58,782 nt of DNA from Balneolaceae bacterium (GTDB lineage: Bacteria; Bacteroidota; Rhodothermia; Balneolales; Balneolaceae). Location of the stretch: contig JBBDRV010000010.1 in the NCBI GenBank assembly GCA_040905285.1, positions 1 to 58,782 of the forward strand, read 5' to 3'. The notes beneath the pieces are model-generated. The model saw only the letters and a list, made by a program, of their open reading frames with translations. It had not been told where the DNA came from and ran no database searches. Shown in pieces: positions 38,496-46,766 of this stretch (the stretch's first letter is position 1; each line of letters starts with the position of its first letter). Position numbers and translations under genes: made by a program.

Positions 38496-41400
38496 ATGTC
38501 AGAACGTTCAGTTGAAACCGATACCTCCCGCGGTAAAACCGCCCGGACAGCGGGGACCGGACGTGTCCGGGAACCAGGTGTCCCTGAAAACAATGTACGG
38601 TTCGTTACTGCGGCAAGCCTGTTTGACGGCCATGATGCCAGCATAAACATCATTCGCCGGCTCCTTCAGCGATCCGGGGCTGAAGTGATCCATCTGGGGC
38701 ACAACCGGTCTGTTCACGAAATCGTCAACTGTGCTATCGAGGAAGATGTGCAGGGTATCGCCGTCAGTTCATATCAGGGGGGGCATATTGAGTATTTTAC
38801 CTATATGATAGACCTTCTGAAGAAAAGAGGGGCGCCGGGCATCAGGGTTTTCGGCGGCGGCGGCGGAGTGATTGCCGATCATGAAATCTCTGATCTTCAC
38901 GAATACGGAGTCACACGTATTTTTTCGGTTGATGACGGCAGCGAAATGGGACTGCAGGGAATGATTAATTATATGATCAGGGAATGCGATTTTGATCCGG
39001 CGGAGGGGACGCAGATCGGTTTCAGGGGGATGGAAACCTCTGACCGGGGGGCGGTTGCCCGGGCGATTACCACACTGGAAAACGGTCATGATGAACTGCT
39101 CCGGTTTTCAGGAGGGACGCTGTCGGCCGGGGATGGCAAAGAGCTCATTGACCTCCGCAGGACGAAAAGCGGGAAGATGCCGCTTGTAGGGTTGACCGGC
39201 ACGGGCGGAGCAGGTAAAAGTTCACTGACGGATGAATTGGTGCGGCGTTTTTTAACAGAGTTCGAGACTATGAGGATCGGGATCATTTCCATCGATCCGT
39301 CGAATGTAAGAAGGGGCGGGGCATTGCTCGGCGACCGGATCCGGATGAACAGCATCGACACGGACCGGGTGTTTATGCGCAGCATGGCAACCAGGTCTGC
39401 GGACAGCTCGGTCAGTGATGCGGTGAGAGGGGCTGTGGCGGTGTATCAATCGGCCGGTTTTGATCTGGTTATTGTGGAGACAAGTGGTATCGGCCAGAGT
39501 GACACCAGCATTGCCGGACTTGTTGATATACCCATTTACGTCATGACTCATGAATACGGGGCCGCCACACAGCTTGAAAAGATCAATATGCTGGAGCTGG
39601 CCGATTTTGTCGTCCTGAACAAGTTTGACAAGAAGGAATCTCTGGATGCACTGCGCGATATCCGCAAACAGGTCCGGCGAAATCGCGGGGCCTGGCATGA
39701 CAAGCCTGAATCGATGCCGGTGTATCCCACGATTGCCTCCCGCTTTAATGACGAAGGGGTGAACCGGTTGTTCAAGGCTGTGACGGACCGGATCAATGAC
39801 CTCTATGGCCTGCAACTGCGTCCGCGGGTTTTCACAAATGCGGAGCCGGCCCCGGATATTCAGTTTCGGGCAATCATCCCCGGTAAAAGACAGCGTTACC
39901 TGTCTGAAATTGCAGATGCCGTCAGGGACTATCACGCCTGGGCAGAGGAGCAGGCATCAGCCGCTTCCAAACTGGAACAGGTCGAGGGAACGATACGTCA
40001 GCTGGAAAATACGGATGCGGACGCGGGACGGGAACTGAATCAGCAGCTTCTTGACCTGAAGGATCACTGGTCAGGCAGGCTTGACGGCATTTCCAGGAAT
40101 ATTCTGGATAACTGGGAGACACTGACCGAAAAATATAGCCGGGATGTCCTCGCAGGAAAAATCCGCAACCGCACCACAGAGAACAGACTGTATTCCACGT
40201 CGCTCAGCGGTACGCGGATTCCACGTGTTTCCCTGCCCAAGACCACCCACAGGGGAGAAAGGCTCAGATTCGCCCTGAAGGAAAACCTGCCGGGATATTT
40301 TCCCTATACAGCCGGGGTTTACCCGTTCAAAAGAGAAGGCGAGGATCCTGCCCGCATGTTTGCAGGAGAGGGAACTCCCGAGCGAACGAACAGACGTTTT
40401 CACTATGTAAGCGAGGGACTGCCGGCGGCCCGGTTGTCTACGGCGTTTGACTCGGTGACGCTTTACGGCGAGGATCCCGGGCACCGTCCCGATATTTACG
40501 GAAAAATCGGCAATTCTGGTGTAAGCATCTGTACGCTCGACGACATGAAGAAGCTTTACTCGGGTTTCGAGCTGACAGCCCCTTCCACCTCCGTTTCCAT
40601 GACCATCAACGGTCCGGCATCGATCATTCTGGCCATGTTTATGAATACGGCGGTAGACCAGCAAGTGGAGAAGTATCTGAAAGAGAACGGCCGGTGGGAG
40701 GAAGCCGGCCGCAAGATCGGCAGCATGTTTGCGGACCGGGGGTTGCCTGTGCCTGAATACAGCAGTGACCTGCCGCCGGCTCATGACAGGTTCGGTCTGG
40801 GCCTTCTGGGTGTTCCGGGTGACAGGCTGGTGAACCGGGAGATCTATGAAAAAATCAAATCAGAGACGTTAAGCATGGTTCGGGGAACCGTTCAGGCGGA
40901 TATACTCAAGGAGGACCAGGCCCAGAACACTTGTATTTTTTCCACCGAATTTGCTTTGAAGATGATGGGGGATATCCAGGTCTACTTCACCAGGAAGAAC
41001 GTGCGGAACTATTATTCGGTCTCCATTTCCGGGTATCATATTGCCGAGGCGGGGGCAAATCCGGTTACGCAGGCCGCGTTTACCCTTGCAAACGGTTTTA
41101 CCTATGTGGAGTATTATCTTTCCCGCGGACTGGATATCAACGATTTTGCCCATAACCTCTCTTTTTTCTTCAGTAACGGACTTGATCCGGAATATGCGGT
41201 TATCGGGCGGGTGGCCCGGCGGATCTGGGCGATCGCCTTAAAAAACAGATATGGAGCAAATGAGCGGTCCCGCAAGTTGAAATATCATATTCAAACCAGC
41301 GGGAGATCGCTTCATGCACGGGAAATACAGTTCAATGATATCCGGACCACGCTTCAGGCGTTGCTTGCCATTTACGACAATTGCAATTCGCTGCATACCA

Positions 41401-41984
41401 ATGCCTACGACGAGGCGATCACCACGCCCACAGAAGGGTCAGTACGTCGCGCACTGGCCATCCAGATGATTATCAACCGGGAGCTTGGAACCGCAAAAAA
41501 TGAGAATATCAACCAGGGATCCTATTTTATCGAAGAGCTGACTGATCTTGTCGAGGATGCAATCCTGAAAGAATTCGACCGGCTCACGGAACGGGGCGGA
41601 GTACCGGGTGCAATGGAGAACATGTACCAGAGGGGGAAAATACAGGATGAAAGTCTGCATTACGAGTCGATGAAACATTCGGGTGAGCTTCCGATCATAG
41701 GCGTCAATACCTTTCTTTCTGAAGGCCGGGGTGAGGAAACCGGCCGGAAAGTGGAGCTGATCCGTTCTGACAAACGTGAAAAAGAGCAGCAGATCCGGAA
41801 TCTGGAAGAATTTCACAGCCGGAATCGCGGGGATTGCGGCAGGGCACTTGACGAGCTCAAAGCCGTGGCCCGCGGGAACGGCAATATATTTGAAACTCTG
41901 ATGGAGACGGTGAAAAGCGCGTCGCTGGGACAGATTTCCAATGCGCTCTATGACGTCGGCGGCCAGTACCGCCGCAACATGTAG
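38496..41984 (+). CDS. icmF: Fused isobutyryl-CoA mutase (B12-binding domain + MeaB-like G-protein + mutase catalytic domain)
   Basis: 1162 aa. N-terminal DxHxxG B12 motif ([10 protein letters not shown]), P-loop [12 protein letters not shown] with NKFD, then a methylmalonyl-CoA-mutase-like TIM barrel region. Confidence 0.88.
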   Translation: MSERSVETDTSRGKTARTAGTGRVREPGVPENNVRFVTAASLFDGHDASINIIRRLLQRSGAEVIHLGHNRSVHEIVNCAIEEDVQGIAVSSYQGGHIEYFTYMIDLLKKRGAPGIRVFGGGGGVIADHEISDLHEYGVTRIFSVDDGSEMGLQGMINYMIRECDFDPAEGTQIGFRGMETSDRGAVARAITTLENGHDELLRFSGGTLSAGDGKELIDLRRTKSGKMPLVGLTGTGGAGKSSLTDELVRRFLTEFETMRIGIISIDPSNVRRGGALLGDRIRMNSIDTDRVFMRSMATRSADSSVSDAVRGAVAVYQSAGFDLVIVETSGIGQSDTSIAGLVDIPIYVMTHEYGAATQLEKINMLELADFVVLNKFDKKESLDALRDIRKQVRRNRGAWHDKPESMPVYPTIASRFNDEGVNRLFKAVTDRINDLYGLQLRPRVFTNAEPAPDIQFRAIIPGKRQRYLSEIADAVRDYHAWAEEQASAASKLEQVEGTIRQLENTDADAGRELNQQLLDLKDHWSGRLDGISRNILDNWETLTEKYSRDVLAGKIRNRTTENRLYSTSLSGTRIPRVSLPKTTHRGERLRFALKENLPGYFPYTAGVYPFKREGEDPARMFAGEGTPERTNRRFHYVSEGLPAARLSTAFDSVTLYGEDPGHRPDIYGKIGNSGVSICTLDDMKKLYSGFELTAPSTSVSMTINGPASIILAMFMNTAVDQQVEKYLKENGRWEEAGRKIGSMFADRGLPVPEYSSDLPPAHDRFGLGLLGVPGDRLVNREIYEKIKSETLSMVRGTVQADILKEDQAQNTCIFSTEFALKMMGDIQVYFTRKNVRNYYSVSISGYHIAEAGANPVTQAAFTLANGFTYVEYYLSRGLDINDFAHNLSFFFSNGLDPEYAVIGRVARRIWAIALKNRYGANERSRKLKYHIQTSGRSLHAREIQFNDIRTTLQALLAIYDNCNSLHTNAYDEAITTPTEGSVRRALAIQMIINRELGTAKNENINQGSYFIEELTDLVEDAILKEFDRLTERGGVPGAMENMYQRGKIQDESLHYESMKHSGELPIIGVNTFLSEGRGEETGRKVELIRSDKREKEQQIRNLEEFHSRNRGDCGRALDELKAVARGNGNIFETLMETVKSASLGQISNALYDVGGQYRRNM

Positions 41985-42060
41985 AATAGACAGGAATGCT
42001 AGCGCAAGACTGACACCGACCAAGGGCATAAGTACCGCCGCAACATGTAGAATAGACAGG
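41965..42060. repeat. Exact 30-bp direct repeat (41965-41994 and 42031-42060) duplicating the last codons and stop of icmF, around a 36-bp spacer
   Basis: agtaccgccgcaacatgtagaatagacagg read twice; spacer aatgctagcgcaagactgacaccgaccaagggcata. Confidence 0.97.
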
Positions 42061-42079
42061 GCGGAAGTGGCGGGGCCGG

Positions 42080-43510
42080 CTACGGAAAAGGGGACTCTTC
42101 ATTTTCGTTCTGATAGCGGATATACCGCTCCGGTAATTCAAAGAACCTTTCGCCGGGAATATCGGGCAGCCGCGCCTGCTGAATTTCAGGTTGCACCGGC
42201 CTGAGTTCCGGATCCCACCTGAATCCGGACAACCGGCGGTCGATATTTTCGGGATCTTCAGGTAAATGAGATCCTTCGATATTTCTGGACGCCTTGAATT
42301 GAGCCAGCTCCCCGTTTAAAAACCGGATCGTGCTGGGACCGGCCGCTATAAGGTCAATCAGCCCGTCCGGTTCCTCTTCTTCATCCTTCAGGTGAAATAT
42401 CAGTTCACTGTTGTCAAAGACAACGATGGAGTCTATTTCTCCATTTTCGAAGTACGCGTGCAGGGTATCCCCCTTCATCTGGTTCAGCCGTCCTGTCAGA
42501 CTGTCTTCCTGTACGGCAACGGGAAGAACATAGGATGTGAGAAAGCGAATTTCATCATCTTCAAGCAGCGCTTCTATGTAAGGGCCCGTCAGCTGTATCC
42601 TCTCCTGCCAGGCCACCGGACTGGAGATCAGCCTGAACTGTTCCAGGTCACTTCTGTACAGTGCCGTATCAGCGACGGCGGAGAAGGCGCCGGACCAGAT
42701 GCTGACATCCCGGTAGGCATTGATATAGTCAGCTGTGTCTGTTTCTGTCGCTTCTATGATCTGTGAAGTGATATGGGAGGTGTCTGTTCCCGATTCATTG
42801 ACCTGCATCATCCATGCGTTGCCCGAAAGCAGTCTGTATCCTGCGGAGTCTGCTTCAAGGTAGTCCCCCGCCAACGTGATATCCTCTTCAAAATCCTCTG
42901 CGTAGACCCTGTCGTAAAGCCTGTAAAAATCTGTTTCACGATTCATATACAGGGAGTCGGCTTCCAGGTATTGTGTCGAGTCGGAGAGCTGGACATTGCC
43001 GCGGAAAAAGGCGATGTCCGTATTCTGGAAATAATAGCCGTCATCCGCCAGCAGCACCCCCCGGTCATCTTCAAAACGCACGCGGGAGTTGAAGAGAGCC
43101 GAATCCAGCACCCTGTCGTAATCGACTGATTCACTGAAGAGTATGTTTTGTTCTGAAAGGATGATAACCCGCCCGCGGAATTCGCTGAAACCTGTTTGTG
43201 TATTGTGAAACAGGGTGTCAGCCCATACGATATCCTGTTCCGATTCTATCTGGATATTGAAGGCGCGGATCATATCACGGGTTTCAAACTGGTAGACACT
43301 GTCCGCGTTCATAGTCATCCCGTCTGTCGACAGCTGTATATTTCCGATTAGCTTTCGCACAGGTTCACCGTCTATGGTACCGCCTTCTGCCCTGTCCGCG
43401 TTAAGTATGGTGATCTGTTCCTGGGCATAACCGGCCGGTGCCCCCCAGGCGGCAGTAACGAGAAGGAGTGTGAAAAGCAGATTGATTTTTGCCGGATTGA
43501 CTTTATTCAA
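42080..43510 (-). CDS. OstA/LptA-like periplasmic protein with multiple OstA-type beta-jellyroll repeats
   Basis: No in-frame ATG lies upstream of the signal peptide, so a TTG start at 43510 overlapping the lptC TGA (TTGA) is proposed. Signal peptide NKVNPAKINLLFTLLLVTAAWGAPAGYA. Repetitive LptA-like segments sit directly downstream of lptC. Confidence 0.6.
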   Translation of the reverse strand: MNKVNPAKINLLFTLLLVTAAWGAPAGYAQEQITILNADRAEGGTIDGEPVRKLIGNIQLSTDGMTMNADSVYQFETRDMIRAFNIQIESEQDIVWADTLFHNTQTGFSEFRGRVIILSEQNILFSESVDYDRVLDSALFNSRVRFEDDRGVLLADDGYYFQNTDIAFFRGNVQLSDSTQYLEADSLYMNRETDFYRLYDRVYAEDFEEDITLAGDYLEADSAGYRLLSGNAWMMQVNESGTDTSHITSQIIEATETDTADYINAYRDVSIWSGAFSAVADTALYRSDLEQFRLISSPVAWQERIQLTGPYIEALLEDDEIRFLTSYVLPVAVQEDSLTGRLNQMKGDTLHAYFENGEIDSIVVFDNSELIFHLKDEEEEPDGLIDLIAAGPSTIRFLNGELAQFKASRNIEGSHLPEDPENIDRRLSGFRWDPELRPVQPEIQQARLPDIPGERFFELPERYIRYQNENEESPFP

Positions 43511-44196
43511 TTGACAATAAGCCTCCCGCGGGGATTGGTGATGACGTATCTGGACAGATCCGTTTTGCCGGTGAAGCCGGTTCCGGAAATGCTGTCGGCA
43601 GGAGTGATGATCGTGACCAGCCGGTCGGATGTGATGTTGTCGGTCTCTTCTGCCCATTTTAGATAGTCGCTCTGCAGCCGGCGGTCGTTAGCGGTTTCCA
43701 CACGTACGGAGTCGTAAAGTTCAAACTCGCCGCTTTCTGCATAGTAGACGGCCCTGTCACTCCACGCCTCTGACTCCAGGGTCCCGGTGGAATCGTAAAT
43801 CTGAACATAGACGGGGCCTTTTATGCGGGTTTCCTCGCCTTCTTCCTGGCGGTGATTAAGGGCATAACTGCCTTCGATCAACACCCGCCGGTGTCCTTCC
43901 TCCAGGAGAGTCATCCGCACATCCCAGCTTTCTGTCGTGGTCAGAAGTGAATCGTGCATGGCGGCACGGACCTGCTCGGCGTCATATTCCGTCAGTTCCC
44001 CGCATGCTGAAAGCAGGAGCCAAAGTACAGCCGGCAGCCACCTTCCCGCGGCCGGTATCCTGCCGCTTGACGGAATAGCGGCATTCTGCGTCTCCGTGTT
44101 CCGGAACGGGCAAAATATGTTCATTCTAATTCGTCTATTGATGGGGAAAAATTCTTTACATCCCGGCGCCCGGCATTTACCGGAGGCTGACCACAA
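43507..44196 (-). CDS. lptC: LPS export protein LptC-like lipoprotein
   Basis: Lipobox LLLSACG, LptC-like beta-jellyroll region, immediately upstream of the OstA-like gene. Start uncertain: TTG 44196 or ATG 44124. Confidence 0.6.
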   Translation of the reverse strand: MWSASGKCRAPGCKEFFPINRRIRMNIFCPFRNTETQNAAIPSSGRIPAAGRWLPAVLWLLLSACGELTEYDAEQVRAAMHDSLLTTTESWDVRMTLLEEGHRRVLIEGSYALNHRQEEGEETRIKGPVYVQIYDSTGTLESEAWSDRAVYYAESGEFELYDSVRVETANDRRLQSDYLKWAEETDNITSDRLVTIITPADSISGTGFTGKTDLSRYVITNPRGRLIVN

Positions 44197-44198
44197 TT

Positions 44199-44240
44199 AT
44201 TGCCAACGGCCAGACGGGCATTGCCAACGGGCAGACGGGC
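44199..44240. repeat. 21-bp tandem repeat x2 (attgccaacggScagacgggc)
   Basis: Direct reading; 20/21 identical. Confidence 0.95.
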
Positions 44241-44258
44241 ATTTTCGTCTCTGCAAGT

Positions 44259-44321
44259 GTGAGTTGTCGATCCCGAAGCATGAGTTGTCGATCCCGAAGC
44301 ATGAGTTGTCGATCCGGGCAC
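44259..44321. repeat. 21-bp tandem repeat x3 (Rtgagttgtcgatcccgaagc; third unit diverges in its last 6 nt)
   Basis: Direct reading. Confidence 0.95.
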
Positions 44322-44373
44322 GCAGCTGAAAGCATTTTCTGTCGCAGTCTGAGCCATGGATCGTGTCCGTTTC

Positions 44374-46002
44374 TTATACTTCGGTATTCTCGAAGTACTT
44401 TTTCGTCAGGTTATATGCGACCCCGGACAGGGCGAAAAGGGCAACGATGTTAAAAAATGCCATTAACCCAAGCATTACATCGCCAAAAGCCCAGATTGTG
44501 GTAAGGGTAACGACCGATCCCACAAAGTGCATGATTACAAATGCAATACGATACCAGAAGATCGACCTAAAGCCGAAAAGATACTGGGCAGACCTGTCCC
44601 CATAGTAGCTCCAGCTGATGGATGTGGAAATGGCGAACAGCAGAACCGCAAAAGTGACCAGGAATCCACCCCCGGGAAAGAGAGGGGAGAGGCCTATTTC
44701 AAATGCCCTGGACGTCAGGGGGGCTCCGTTTTCAACCACACCGCCATAGAGCCTGTTGATTTCCGTCCCATCGCCGGAGATGACCAGAGGGCTTTCACCG
44801 ACGCCTTCGATGTGGCCATTGAAGGGAACGGTCCGGCGGACATCTGTGAACATCGTGTCCACGTCCACATCATAGCGCAGCATCCGGCCATTCAGGGGAA
44901 CTCCCTCTTCAAACCGGAGTATGGACGGGTCTCCGGCCTGTTCGACAGTATAGGTGATCGTTCCGTCAGCAGGATTGACAGCCGCCGGATGATACATGTC
45001 CCAGGCGCCCGTGGTAACAATGACAAGGCCGGTGATGGAGCAGACGATCAGCGTGTCGATGAACGGCTCGAGCAGGGCGACAACCCCTTCCCGGACGGGC
45101 TGGTCTGTTTTTGCAGCAGAATGGGCGATCGGAGCCGACCCCTGTCCCGCTTCATTTGAAAACAGTCCCCGCTGGACTCCGTAACTGAGGGTGAAAATGA
45201 ACGCTCCCGAGCCCACGCCGAGAACGCCGGCCTGCGGACTGAAAGCCTGGCTGATAATCACCCCGAGGGATGGCAGGATCTGTCCGTAGTGCATCAGAAG
45301 GATCATCAGGCCGGTAAGCACATAGAGTGTTGCCATAAATGGCACCAGTCTTGCCGTTACATACCCGATCCGCCTGATCCCGCCAAGGATGACCGCTGCA
45401 ACCAGACCGGCAGTTATAAAGCCGGTGATGGCCACCGGGATCTGAAAATCACTGTTCATCACATCTGCGACGGTATTGGCCTGTACGGCATTTCCTGTAA
45501 GGAAAGCACAGATTGCAGCTGCCAGGGAGAAAGCGACGGCAAGCCACTTCCAGTTGGGCCCGAGTCCCTGTTCGATATAATACATGGGTCCCCCCGACAC
45601 GGACCCGTCCGGATTTGTCCTGCGGAAATTTTGCGCCAGTGTCACTTCCGTATATTTGATGGCCATGCCGAGAATGGCCGTAACCCACATCCAGAAAAGG
45701 GCGCCGGGACCGCCATAGTGGATGGCCAGGGCCACGCCCGCTATGTTGCCGATACCGACAGTAGCCGAAAGGGCCGTGCTCAAAGCCTGAAAGTGATTGA
45801 TATCCCCTTCATCATCAGGATCGTCATAGTGGCCTGTAACCACTTTCAATCCATGCCTGAATTGCGTTACCTGAATAAAACCCAGTCTGAACGTGATGAA
45901 TATGCCGTAGGCCAGCAGAATTACAACCATGGCCGGCATGGCTTCCGGTGTATTCCATATCAGATTTTCCAGCCGGGAAATAAGTTGATCGAACAGGTTC
46001 AT
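44374..46002 (-). CDS. Alanine/glycine:cation symporter (AGCS family) with an enlarged extramembrane loop
   Basis: 542 aa. Family signature ALSATVGIGNIAGVALAIHYGGPGALFWMW and GLFSNEAGQGSAPIAHSAAKT. Confidence 0.88.
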   Translation of the reverse strand: MNLFDQLISRLENLIWNTPEAMPAMVVILLAYGIFITFRLGFIQVTQFRHGLKVVTGHYDDPDDEGDINHFQALSTALSATVGIGNIAGVALAIHYGGPGALFWMWVTAILGMAIKYTEVTLAQNFRRTNPDGSVSGGPMYYIEQGLGPNWKWLAVAFSLAAAICAFLTGNAVQANTVADVMNSDFQIPVAITGFITAGLVAAVILGGIRRIGYVTARLVPFMATLYVLTGLMILLMHYGQILPSLGVIISQAFSPQAGVLGVGSGAFIFTLSYGVQRGLFSNEAGQGSAPIAHSAAKTDQPVREGVVALLEPFIDTLIVCSITGLVIVTTGAWDMYHPAAVNPADGTITYTVEQAGDPSILRFEEGVPLNGRMLRYDVDVDTMFTDVRRTVPFNGHIEGVGESPLVISGDGTEINRLYGGVVENGAPLTSRAFEIGLSPLFPGGGFLVTFAVLLFAISTSISWSYYGDRSAQYLFGFRSIFWYRIAFVIMHFVGSVVTLTTIWAFGDVMLGLMAFFNIVALFALSGVAYNLTKKYFENTEV

Positions 46003-46269
46003 GCGCTCAGGTTAAGGCGATTTTCTTTCCAGACCGAATGTACTAAAAGTTTCAGGAGAATTACAGGGTTTATCCCTGCCGGGGATCGGAGACTGCAGAA
46101 AGGCGGGCGGGCAGTGTCAGTACAGCAGGTTTTTAAAAAGGCCGGGATTTCCGAAACCTATTTCCCTTTTAGTTTGTTTATTGAAGCGCAATAGATTATC
46201 AGATAGTTTGTTTATACGTTCAACCGTAACCAGTGTTAGAAGTTTTAATCTTAATCAATATCAAAAGCC

Positions 46270-46563
46270 ATGACCAAAGCTGATATAGTTGACATCATAT
46301 CATCTACTACCGGTTTAACCAAAGTTGAAACAGAAGCTGTTGTCAAAGGGTTTATGGAGACTGTTATAGATGCTATGAAAAAAGGTGAAACGATTGAATT
46401 GCGGGGCTTCGGCAGCTTTAAAGTAGTGAAGAGAGCCCAGCGGGTCGCCCGTAACCCCAAAACCAACGAAGAAGTTATTGTGCCGGAGCAGTATATGCCG
46501 ACGCTTAAAATTTCCAGGGATTTCAAGGAAGCGGTCAATGAGTCGATGCAGGAAAAGCAATAG
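46270..46563 (+). CDS. HU/IHF family DNA-binding protein
   Basis: 97 aa; RGFGSFKVVKRAQRVARNPKTNEEV beta-arm block. Confidence 0.9.
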   Translation: MTKADIVDIISSTTGLTKVETEAVVKGFMETVIDAMKKGETIELRGFGSFKVVKRAQRVARNPKTNEEVIVPEQYMPTLKISRDFKEAVNESMQEKQ

Positions 46564-46766
46564 GCTTTTATCTGACCTGTCCTGTTGACACCTGTTGTCT
46601 TGTTGATACCTGTACTTTTTGACACCTGCCTGTGCCTGTGCCGCAGATTCCTGACCGGAACCGCAGTGATTCCGGATACGGGAGAGCGTGCCGCAGATGA
46701 CCCCTGCCCAGGGTTCCCAATACAAAGATTAATCCGGACAGCTACCTGCCCGGTCAATCACCCGGT

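Noticed and set aside
44199-44321. CRISPR array interpretation of the tandem repeats here and at 16576-16680
   Set aside because: The units are contiguous with no unique spacers, are only 8-21 bp long, and number 2-5 copies. No cas genes are in the window.
45340-45354. Perfect sigma-54 consensus TGGCACcagtcTTGC on the plus strand
   Set aside because: It lies inside the AGCS symporter coding sequence on the antisense strand, about 900 nt from the next plus-strand gene (HU). It is most likely a chance match.
46003-46269. Possible glycine riboswitch upstream of the alanine/glycine symporter, a known association
   Set aside because: I read the minus-strand leader and found none of the conserved glycine-aptamer blocks (GGAGAG..., CTCAGGCAAAAGGAC-like). 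Only short generic hairpins and a 12-bp direct repeat (tagtttgtttat x2) are present.
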